Assembly (NCBI GenBank): GCA_000004985.1
Contig: GG738892.1
DNA: 64,000 nucleotides
DNA from: Naegleria gruberi
Lineage: Eukaryota
Strand: one strand, 5' to 3'
Part shown: piece by piece, positions 11,293 to 20,924 of the stretch
How the letters are laid out: the number at the start of each line of letters is the position of its first letter
Numbering within the stretch: the stretch's first letter is position 1
Notes under the pieces: generated by a model
The model's database searches: none
Told to the model about the DNA's origin: nothing
Seen by the model: only the letters and a program-made list of their open reading frames with translations
Translations under genes and position numbers: made by a program

Positions 11293-14200
11293 ATTAATTC
11301 CTGTTTTATTTCCATTAACGATTGCAAATTGTTGAATGACTGCATTTTAGAGTAGAGAATAGGACATTCGAGAGATAGGCATTTTTGCTCCATGGAAAAG
11401 CTAGAGTTTGGCAGTAAACCATTTGTCATATCCAGACTATGATTACAATATCTACAGAGTTCTTTTAGCTCGTTTAAACGCTTCTCTGTTGCTCTCCTTC
11501 TTAATAATAAAATAAGAGGATAACTATTGCAATCAGAACATAATAAATCTACGGTAACATCCTTCTTTGAGCTGTCAATAATCTTTCCACAACTTGAGCA
11601 AGGCCTACTCAAAGGTTGGAAGTATTGTTCAATAAAGTTTTTAGACTTTCTAAATACTTGCTTTCTCCAATCAGCCAACAAGTAAATATCCTTCTTTGGT
11701 AAATTAGTGTACCAAATATTACAATTTACAAAACTAAGCGAAAATAATCTGTCTATTGAGGGAAGTAACTGTCTTGTAATATAATAATTGTAATGAATTC
11801 GGTATTTTTGTTTGTAATTTTGAACTTGATTCATTCTGTCCTCGATGAAATATTTGGGGTGAATGACCATGTCTGAGAGTTTGGCTTTAGCTGGATTCAG
11901 TGAACTAAAAACAACTACATAGGGAACTCTTTCATTAAATCTTGGCTCTGCTCTTGGATCACGTTGCATTTCTCTGACTGCAATTCTTGCAGATGGTGGA
12001 AGATGTCTCTCCGACTTGTAATAACCCAATTTGACCTTTTTCCAGAATATGAAATCTTGCAACGAGCACTTTTCTGAAATTATTCTATAGAATTGCCTTG
12101 ATAAATATGCTTTCACTCTGGAAAAGTCCAATGATTCGAATAATATTTCCAAACTCTTTTCCATTAAAGATCTTACCATTAAACAATTATCTCTTCTGAC
12201 AGCCTCTATGCCTTTACAAAAGAGTGTTCCTTTAGTTTGTGCTGGGCTCTCATATGCCATCCCTACATATCTCTTCTTACTCACCAAATATGACGGATGG
12301 AATACTCTTTCCATTTGTAAAGTAATTGGTCTTGGATTTGCATTGGTAACGTGCTTGACAATTTCCTTTCCAAGTTTGAATGCTTCCTCTCGAGTTGAAT
12401 TTATACATTCCACAAATAAAGAGTCAGTATCTCCGTAAGCAATTCTACACTTGCCTGGAAATTTTTCATTTACAATATCAATGGCATTCTCGAGAGTAGC
12501 TCTAGCCAGTTGCACAATAGCATCTGCAAGATCAGAGAGTGGCATTCTACCAGAAAAATTTGCACTGGTATAACCATAGGTAACGTTGGCAATCAGTTTC
12601 AAACCAAGCTGTCTTGCATTTAAAATTCTTTGAGTTTCTTTATCATCCTTGCTAGTTTCCTTCATAGCTTGTTTAACCATAATTCTAGTATTCAAAATTT
12701 CAGAGCACATTCTTGGTAGAACACCTTGTCTTACGTTTGGCTTGACAAATAGGCATTGATTAGGCGTTATGAAAATGTCCTCTTCTATTGAATCCGATCC
12801 TGTTCTATCCTGGAGTAACTTCCTCAACTCGTTATTAGGTTCATAGTTTTCCAGAGTTCCTAGCTTTGTTTTCTTCCTATCCACAAATGCCAACTTTCCA
12901 AGACATGTACTGTAGCACAAATTATAGGCAATTATAATGGATGGATAAAGTGATTGAAAGTCCAAGACAATCATTGGATTGGTGTAGAGTTTGCTTTGGG
13001 GCTCCATAACCAGTGGCAAGCATTCAATGGCTGCTTGTTCCATAACTTGTTTTCTTGTTGGGGAAAGAGCAACATAATTCCTCAATCTGGCCAATCTCAA
13101 CATCATGCTCTCCACTCTGTACTGACTTCCTCTACTTATAACAGAAAAGAACTCAATTCCATAAACCTTTCCCAACTCTCCCGTTCTATTCAAAATATCC
13201 AAATGGTTTAGTACCTCGAGGGTCACACTCGTTTTAATCAGATAATATTGAAGAATAACCCTGTACTCAAAACTATCTTTTTCGTGTGAGCATGAGTGTG
13301 AAAGATCGGTGAGAGTTTGATGTGAATAGAATGGAATTCTCCTTCCCAAAACATTAAAAACCACATTGTGAAGGGTATACATGTCCAGTTTAAGCTCTCC
13401 ATTCATAATTCTCCATACATTCATAACGACTCTTCCTTTAATCATCACTCCAGACTGTTTGTTTCTTGCGTATTCCTGTGCCTTCTTTAAGGCCTTTTCT
13501 CTTTGGAAGTTATTGGAGGTGTTGGTGGCCTTTTTCTTATCAACTTTTGGTTTATCACTTTGAAAATTGGCAACTCTAGAAATTTCAAAGCAAACATTTC
13601 TTCCCATCACGAGAAATCCTCTTTCTATGAGATAACCCAATCCTTCAGTTTGAATTTCATAACCCAATAAAATATCTGGGTCGACCTTACAAAGTACATC
13701 AATAAATCCTTCATACAGGTCTTTTTCATTTTTAAATTCTATAACTCTATCAAAATGTGTTGGGAAAGCAAGAGGTCTCTGAGCAGCATCATCTGCTTCC
13801 ATTTCTCTATTGACAAGTAGCCAATGCTCCAAACTCTCAGCAATATTCGCACAATTCTGGTAAGTGATTACTATTGTTTGAACTGAGTCATAGAGTGGAT
13901 TAGGTAGAAACGTTGCTCTCGTTAAAACGTGACATTCAATACACATGACTGATAGGTTTTGCTTGGACACCAAATCTTTCTTTTTCTTATTATCTCTAGG
14001 TATTGCTGCCTCGTCGAAAGCAATCTTTTTTCTCTCACTCATAACAGATAATTCTGACAAGAGGGATTGATATTCTGGAGCTCTATTCCTGAGAGTATTA
14101 GGTGTGTTATTCAGGGAGAGTAATTTCCTAGCTGTGAGTGAGGAAGCAACATCCAATATTGGTTCGTCATACTGTGGAGATAGTGGTCTGTGTATTTCTT

Positions 14201-17200
14201 CGATATCGGCTATTACTGGCTTTTTCTCTTGAGATAACTCTTCATAAACCATCGATAATGAAGGTGGTTTGGGAGCAAAATCTAGAATAAGCTTTCCAAA
14301 CTTTTTGTGAACAGGTCTTTCAATAGGATTTAGTTTTGATTTGAAATTTAGAAACGGTAATTCCTTATAATCTTTGCTCTTGGGCATTTCTTCGTTCAAT
14401 TTTTTCTTTCCAAATATCGAAGAAAATCTAATTAGACTACTTCTTTTGCTTTCCAAATAATCGTCATGTGAACTAAAAAATGGATAATTTTCCATTTGCC
14501 TTATCAATCCTTTATAAGCAATAGCTGACTCATGCAGTTCATTCTCCAATGCTTCAATAGAGGGTGGTTCCTTAAAGTCCAAAATTAGGTTTCCGCTTCT
14601 TACCACCGAAGAAGAATCTGTTTCATTTAAAGTTACAACAATTGGAGATGTTTCGTTGGAGATTGTTGTAATTGCTGATGGTTCGAACTTTTCCGAAGGT
14701 GGTGAAATGTCAATCATTGGAGGTGTTAGTTCCACATTGAAAACCTTTTCCAAGAACTCTTCTTCCTCTTGTTGTACTTCAGGTTGTTCCTCTTCTGCAA
14801 TGGTAGGTATGATAATTGGTGATTGGAAGGGAGAATTAACTTGTTTAGCAATATTAGATGCCAAAGGAGGGCTAGTCTCAGTAGGCTCCTCTTGTATTAT
14901 TGGAGGAGTAGGTTGAATCGATGAAGAGGAACTCGAGTTTGCTGCAAAATTAAACCTATCTGGATCAAAGCTTTCCAAAGCTTGTTCCATCATGAGTGTT
15001 GAGACTGTAATATCTTCAGAAGGTTTATCTTGGGGCAGATGCTTTGCTTGACTAAAGAAATTGTCAAAAAAGAAATTATCATTGGTAGATTGAGGTGTGA
15101 CTTCTGTTTCACTTGGCTGCTCTTCGTCTGCGAAGGATATTTTTCGTTTCTTTGCTGGCAGTAGAACTTTCCTTTCATAGTTTTGCAAAATTTGTTTTGA
15201 TTCTGATGACAGAGGTTTGTATTCATCTTTCCTTACTGAATATTCAAATCTGCAAAAGAAGGTATCCTCATTGTGGTCAGTGAACTCCTCGGGAAGACTT
15301 GTCTGGTCATACAGGGAGCTTGGCATTTGCACATTTGGTGGCATATTCCTAAAGTAATCGTCTACCACCAAAACTTTGCATTTCCCAACAACAGTTTCGA
15401 AGGGATTGGTATCAGATTGTGAAATTAGGAAAATTTCACTTACTCCTGTCCAATCTCGAGCTCCAGTTTTAGTTTCTTCTGGTCTGTAGAACCACCTGAC
15501 TTGTATTGTCTTTTTTTCGTTATTCTTATCAAGAATACATGCAATATAAGGTTTAGAGTTTTTAGGAGCTCTCATATAGACAAAATCTCCAATATTTACA
15601 GATTCAATGGTGATACGCTTGTTTTGCTTTCTTGATTTAGTTTCAGGATGCGTACCATCAAACTGAGGAATAAATTCAACAACATCCTCACCCTCACTAT
15701 CAGATGATACATTCCACTCTTCATCTGAAACTTGTTCTTCCTCTTCATCGACGTGGAATATTTGTTCGTTACCAGAGAAAACTTCCTTCATTGAGTTGAG
15801 CATTTCTTGCTCGTCTTGAATCAGGGAATCTTCACTCTCCTCCTCTTCATTATCTTCTTCATCCTCTTGGTAATCTCCCAAATTATTATATTCATCCTCC
15901 TTCAATTCAAAATCCTTGTCTCTCATCCAATTCAATACATTTTCCAACTCTAAATCTCCCTGTGTTAGTTGAATATTAAAAAGTGCATTACCTTGCCCAA
16001 AGTATGAGTTGTCTCGAGAGGCTAGATAAATTTCTTTAATTTCTTCATAGGTCTGAAAGGCTGTTGGAAATTTTGAAAGGAAATCATTCAGCTCTTGTTG
16101 TGATTTTTTGAGATTTGAGTCTTGTTGCTGTGGAGTTGCCGATTTTTGACTGAAAGCTTTTGGTAGTTGACTTGTCAGAATTAGAGATTCATTTTCTTGC
16201 TCAACCTGATGTTTTGCATCATAGTTATCATCTCTATTCATATTTTCAACTATTTTCATCAAATTGTCATACATGTATCCTTCCAATTCATTTTGTGGTC
16301 TTTTTTCTTGCCTCTCAAAGGGTGAACATGGAATGAATGGTTGAGAAGCCTTCTCCAAAGATCGCCTTCTTCTCCTTTCTTCTTCCCAAATAACATTAAG
16401 AGATCGAATCAATTTTCTTTCCTTTCCAAAAGACTCTTCCTTTTCATCCTCTAACGAAAGTTGCAAATCCACAATATCTTTTCTATTCATTACATCCCTC
16501 GAAAAGGCGTCCATTTCAATTTCACATTTAGACAATCGTTTGACATTATCTGGAAGAATGGTACCGTATTGAATGGCATTCTGACTTGAAATTTTGTCAG
16601 CAGCCATATCATCCCGAAACGAATTGAATGGTAAACGAAAGTACAACTTTTCCACACTCAAATCACCCATACCATACAAATTATAGTCCATCATAAATTG
16701 AAGAGGGAATGGGATATGTGCTTCGTAGACTGAAAAACGATGACCCATCACAGTTCCATTCCCAAACATGGCTGCCATCTTTCCAACATGACTCGGATTG
16801 TACACATAAACCTTTAGAAATAACTTGTGATTGAACCAATAACCATAAAATGGTTTTCCAGAAACTAGTACAATATCATGAACAAATTGTCTCGGGTGAA
16901 TGTGAAATGAAGGCTGTTGTTGTGGATTATTCTTCAATGTCCTTTCGTATTGATTGAGAGTGTGTCCAAAAAGAGATTGATGAAAGGTATCTTCAATACT
17001 TGCTCCCAAAACTGAAATGAATTGATTAACTTTTTTCATGTCCATATTTTGATAAATGCTTGTTAAATCATCACTATCATCATTATTACTACTATTAATA
17101 TTACTATTATTTTGATTAGAATTTGATGAAAATAATTCATGAGGAAACGACAACATAAAGTACGGATACAATTGATGAACATGAAGACAAGCCTTTTGTT

Positions 17201-17348
17201 TTGTTTCCTGCACTGTGCCATACACGTGCATAATTGGCACTAAATCTATTTGTCTATTTGCAAAAAACCAACACTTCCTATCATCAAATAACGCCTGTGG
17301 AGTACACATCGAATACTCGAGCGATAGAATTTGAATATTGACGACCAT
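11289..17348 (-). CDS. REV3: DNA polymerase zeta catalytic subunit (REV3), 2019 aa. It has an embedded BAH domain.
   Basis: Rev3-type N-terminal domain (MxxxIQIL..CTP), a long low-complexity insert, and a B-family polymerase core with motifs SLYPSII, YGDTDSLFV and KKRY. The C-terminus has CysA (CSSCGK..CSDC) and CysB (CRYC..C..C) metal-binding modules. Residues around NIGDFVYMR...RWFYRPEET...EIFLISQSD...GKCKV look like a BAH domain. Confidence 0.9.
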   Translation of the reverse strand: MVVNIQILSLEYSMCTPQALFDDRKCWFFANRQIDLVPIMHVYGTVQETKQKACLHVHQLYPYFMLSFPHELFSSNSNQNNSNINSSNNDDSDDLTSIYQNMDMKKVNQFISVLGASIEDTFHQSLFGHTLNQYERTLKNNPQQQPSFHIHPRQFVHDIVLVSGKPFYGYWFNHKLFLKVYVYNPSHVGKMAAMFGNGTVMGHRFSVYEAHIPFPLQFMMDYNLYGMGDLSVEKLYFRLPFNSFRDDMAADKISSQNAIQYGTILPDNVKRLSKCEIEMDAFSRDVMNRKDIVDLQLSLEDEKEESFGKERKLIRSLNVIWEEERRRRRSLEKASQPFIPCSPFERQEKRPQNELEGYMYDNLMKIVENMNRDDNYDAKHQVEQENESLILTSQLPKAFSQKSATPQQQDSNLKKSQQELNDFLSKFPTAFQTYEEIKEIYLASRDNSYFGQGNALFNIQLTQGDLELENVLNWMRDKDFELKEDEYNNLGDYQEDEEDNEEEESEDSLIQDEQEMLNSMKEVFSGNEQIFHVDEEEEQVSDEEWNVSSDSEGEDVVEFIPQFDGTHPETKSRKQNKRITIESVNIGDFVYMRAPKNSKPYIACILDKNNEKKTIQVRWFYRPEETKTGARDWTGVSEIFLISQSDTNPFETVVGKCKVLVVDDYFRNMPPNVQMPSSLYDQTSLPEEFTDHNEDTFFCRFEYSVRKDEYKPLSSESKQILQNYERKVLLPAKKRKISFADEEQPSETEVTPQSTNDNFFFDNFFSQAKHLPQDKPSEDITVSTLMMEQALESFDPDRFNFAANSSSSSSIQPTPPIIQEEPTETSPPLASNIAKQVNSPFQSPIIIPTIAEEEQPEVQQEEEEFLEKVFNVELTPPMIDISPPSEKFEPSAITTISNETSPIVVTLNETDSSSVVRSGNLILDFKEPPSIEALENELHESAIAYKGLIRQMENYPFFSSHDDYLESKRSSLIRFSSIFGKKKLNEEMPKSKDYKELPFLNFKSKLNPIERPVHKKFGKLILDFAPKPPSLSMVYEELSQEKKPVIADIEEIHRPLSPQYDEPILDVASSLTARKLLSLNNTPNTLRNRAPEYQSLLSELSVMSERKKIAFDEAAIPRDNKKKKDLVSKQNLSVMCIECHVLTRATFLPNPLYDSVQTIVITYQNCANIAESLEHWLLVNREMEADDAAQRPLAFPTHFDRVIEFKNEKDLYEGFIDVLCKVDPDILLGYEIQTEGLGYLIERGFLVMGRNVCFEISRVANFQSDKPKVDKKKATNTSNNFQREKALKKAQEYARNKQSGVMIKGRVVMNVWRIMNGELKLDMYTLHNVVFNVLGRRIPFYSHQTLTDLSHSCSHEKDSFEYRVILQYYLIKTSVTLEVLNHLDILNRTGELGKVYGIEFFSVISRGSQYRVESMMLRLARLRNYVALSPTRKQVMEQAAIECLPLVMEPQSKLYTNPMIVLDFQSLYPSIIIAYNLCYSTCLGKLAFVDRKKTKLGTLENYEPNNELRKLLQDRTGSDSIEEDIFITPNQCLFVKPNVRQGVLPRMCSEILNTRIMVKQAMKETSKDDKETQRILNARQLGLKLIANVTYGYTSANFSGRMPLSDLADAIVQLARATLENAIDIVNEKFPGKCRIAYGDTDSLFVECINSTREEAFKLGKEIVKHVTNANPRPITLQMERVFHPSYLVSKKRYVGMAYESPAQTKGTLFCKGIEAVRRDNCLMVRSLMEKSLEILFESLDFSRVKAYLSRQFYRIISEKCSLQDFIFWKKVKLGYYKSERHLPPSARIAVREMQRDPRAEPRFNERVPYVVVFSSLNPAKAKLSDMVIHPKYFIEDRMNQVQNYKQKYRIHYNYYITRQLLPSIDRLFSLSFVNCNIWYTNLPKKDIYLLADWRKQVFRKSKNFIEQYFQPLSRPCSSCGKIIDSSKKDVTVDLLCSDCNSYPLILLLRRRATEKRLNELKELCRYCNHSLDMTNGLLPNSSFSMEQKCLSLECPILYSKMQSFNNLQSLMEIKQELI

Positions 17349-17618
17349 GATGAGAACGTTGCGCGTTTACATGAGGTTTTACAACATTTTTTTTATTTTG
17401 GTGTTGAATGAAAATTCATCCAATACACCAATGTATGATTCGAGTAAGTTTATTATGATGATTGTTGAAGTATCATGTCTTGTTCATGAATTCGAAAATC
17501 TTGCTTCATGAAACTCTATCGGAATGAAAATTATTTATTTGATGAAAAAATATGATGGCTGGAAAAATAAAAGTATTTTTAGAACGTTAATGTTGTATTA
17601 TTTAAATTAATCAAAAAA

Positions 17619-18831
17619 ATGAGCCAACAACATATCGATCCACACGCTGCTAAACTTGCTGCACAACGTTCCAGTGTTGATTACACGGATTTCCCAGCCT
17701 TTCCAACAAAGCTTGTAGTTCACCCTCTTGTATTATTAAGTGTTGTAGATCATTATAATAGAGTTGCCAAAGATACATCAAATAGAGTTGCTGGTGTCTT
17801 GTTGGGAGAAATTACAAAGGACGGAGTAGTTGATGTTACAAACAGTTTTGCTATTCCATTTGAGGAAGATAGCAAGGACCCAACAATTTGGTTCTTTGAT
17901 CACAGTTTCCTTGAATCCATGTTGGCAATGTTCAGAAAAGTAACTGGTATGTTTTTTGGAATTAAGCCAATTTTTACCAAATCTATTTTCATCTTTCTGT
18001 TGTGATTTTATTGTTGGATTTTCAAAATTAATGACGTCGAATAATTTCAATTTATTACAACAACAATAACAATTTTAAAATATCAAATAATTCAAATCTT
18101 GATTAAAATTGGATTAAAATTTACTAGCTAAGGAAAAGGTTGTTGGTTGGTATAGTACTGGACCAAAGATTAGAAAATCCGATATTGAAATTCATCAAAT
18201 CATCAAGGAAAAATACCTTCCTCATCCAACCTATTGTATTATTGATGTAAATCCAGAACAAGAAAATGTAATACCTACTGACGCCTATGTTGCTGTTGAA
18301 GAAAGAGAAGATCAACAATCTCAACCAAAACTCACCTTTACTCACTTGTCATCAGAAATCGGAGCTTTGGAAGCTGAAGAAATTGGTGTTGAACACTTGC
18401 TTCGTGATGTTAAGGATACCACAATTTCTGACCTTGCCTCAGCTGTTTCGAACAGAATGACAAGTTTGAAGGCTCTCAGAGGAAGATTATCTGAAGTTAA
18501 TACCTATCTTTCTCAAGTCAGTACCGGTAAAATGCCAGTCAATCACAACATTTTATATTTATTGCAAGATGTTTTCAATTTACTCCCTGGTTTGCACACT
18601 ACTGACACCAAGCAATCCCTCGTCAAGAAGACTAACGATACATATTTGGCAATGTACTTGGGTTCTGTCATTCGTTGCATTGTTTCTCTCCATGATTTGA
18701 TCAATAACAAGATTGAAATGAGAGAAATTGAAGCTAAACAATCTAAAAAGGAAGCTGAAAAGAAGGAAGAAGCTGAAAAAACATCAACAGAAACTAAGGA
18801 AGTTCAAAAAACTTCTCAAGACAAGAAATAA
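17619..18831 (+). CDS. RPN8: 26S proteasome regulatory subunit RPN8 (PSMD7, MPN domain). Exons are 17619..17946 and 18128..18831, with a 181-nt intron at 17947..18127.
   Basis: MPN core [16 protein letters not shown]...RVAGVLLG. After GTATGT...CTAG splicing the frame reads [32 protein letters not shown], which matches PSMD7. There is a charged, K/E-rich C-terminal tail. Confidence 0.85.
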
Positions 18832-18951
18832 ATCAATGTAAATTATAAAACAAAAGTTAGTTCACTAAGAGATTTCAGACTGTTTGATCATTGAATGGCG
18901 GAATTTCTTATTGCTTTTAAATAAGAAAGGAAACTTTGATAAATAATACAT

Positions 18952-20494
18952 TTACTTATTTACTTTACATAATTCTTTCCATTCCTTATAATTGACCATG
19001 TAAGGTTTCAAAATCCTTTCAAATTCTTCAAATGGTACTAAACCTGATTTAGCATCTTGAATAATTGAATCCTTTGCATCAAAATGCATAATCTTATCAT
19101 TGAACACAATCTTTACAAAGTGTTGACCACGTTTCAACTTGTTAACATACAATTCAAAAACCAATGTTGAAGCAAAAGGAGGCCAAACACCATCGTACAA
19201 GTTCAAAGTAACCAACAATGGAATGAGAGTAGTGTCGTGTCCTAAATAAATTTCCAATCTCCTACGATCAAGATCCTTACTTGTATCAATTGACTTTTTC
19301 ATTGAATCAACAAGTTCCTTCACCAACATTCCATTATTCATTCTCAACAAATCCATTCCACCAAAAAGTACAAATCCACTTGCTCCAACTCTTTTGTTGA
19401 TGTAATCATAATCAGCTTCAGTAATTCCCTTTGGTAATGAATGGCCATGGAACAACATTCCAGCAAATGCATTATTCAAAGATTCCCTTGATAATTAAAA
19501 TTAAATATAAGATAACTCTAATAATGGAACTTACCACTGTGGAAAATCTCTGACTTGTCTAATTTGCTTCGATTCCAACAAGCCCTTTTCGTGTGGAGGT
19601 TGACTCTGTGGTTGCTCTTCAACAATATTCTTCTCATTAGCATAGAACAAGTCCAACAATCTTGCCTTGATATCTTGGAGACCTGCATCATGTTCTCCAT
19701 CTTCATTCAATTTCTTAATTCTTTGCGAAATTATTCCACCCAACTTGGCACAAACCTTAAAGTGTCCATACAATGTTTCTCTTGCTATTGTTTTCCATAA
19801 ATTAAATTATTCGAAACACAAAGAAACTCACCTTCTTCATACATGTGAATAGTTGGATAGTATGCTTGATTCGATCCTAAAAATCCTTGCAACAAGTACA
19901 TGAGTGAGAATTCAGTTCTTCTACTTCTAATATCACTCGATCTCACATACATACTATTAATAATATCCTTATAATCCATCACCTTGTCACCATCAATAGC
20001 AAATAACTTTTTAAAATACACCTCTCTCAAATGTTCTCCAACTTTAAACATTTGAATAGCTCCTGCCTCAGTCAATTGTCCCTTCATACAATTTCCAAGC
20101 AAATCCAATCCATCCTTTTCAAAAATTGTATTAAATTTACCATAATCCAATCCAGAAATCGACTCAAAAGGTAGACACTTCCAAGGAGTACTATCAATGT
20201 AATTCGGAAGAGAATTTATGGGTGTTCTTGCTCCGTGTCGATTAATAATTTGAACCTTGATCAATTCTAAATCTTCACTTTCCGATCGGAAGGGAAAATA
20301 ATGTTCTTGAACGTCTTCTGCCTGAATCATGAACGAATGATTTACATTCATCATATTCCTCATTGAATTATTCTCTTCATTGTTATTATCATGTTCGCTA
20401 TTTTTAGCAAAATATCCCAAACTTCCTGCCAATAGAGTGGTCGTCGTGCCCAAGATTGTTTTAAAGTAGTGTCGATGCATTTTTTTTATAAGCT
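18952..20494 (-). CDS. Histidine acid phosphatase (lysosomal/prostatic acid phosphatase family) with 3 exons at 19832..20494, 19534..19784 and 18952..19486. Both introns are 47 nt (19785..19831 and 19487..19533).
   Basis: Signal peptide, RHGARTP catalytic motif in exon 1, and the GHDTT motif in exon 3. Both introns have canonical GTGAGT or GTAAGT donors and TAG or AAG acceptors, and the frame is preserved (HMYEEG|ARETLYG and PQW|ESLNNAF). Confidence 0.75.
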
Positions 20495-20924
20495 TAAAGT
20501 TTTCAGTGCGAAAAATCATCTCGGGAAAATATAACTTATTGTAATGAAAGAAGAACTTTGAAGGTTTGATTCGTTGGAGGACATTAAATTATTCCTCACT
20601 CCCGAGGATGTACATCGTGTACAGCTTAGCTAATTTTTGTAAAGTGTGAAAAATGTGTGAAAATTATTTATTGTAAATGTTTGGTACTGCCATTATCACT
20701 GCTTCGATGTGAAAGAGAACCTGATGATTTGGGAGTTGGACCTTCAACAAGTGGAACGATTCGATTCTTCTTTGTATTGCCTGCTGTATTTGAAAAGGTG
20801 TGAATTTCCATTTCTTGAACTTCTTCATCCTTTAATTCCTTCTTGTGAGTTGATTGATGTCCAGTTGGAGTTGGTAAAGATTGAGCTGAATCTTGTTTTT
20901 CAATTTCATCAAAATCTACATTTC

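Noticed and set aside
12208-15226. Several 60-90 aa ORFs antisense to or inside REV3 (12208..12438, 12954..13211, 13381..13563, 14656..14916, 14990..15226).
   Set aside because: They overlap a well-supported 2019-aa CDS and have low-complexity or stop-poor composition typical of antisense frames. None has a recognisable motif.
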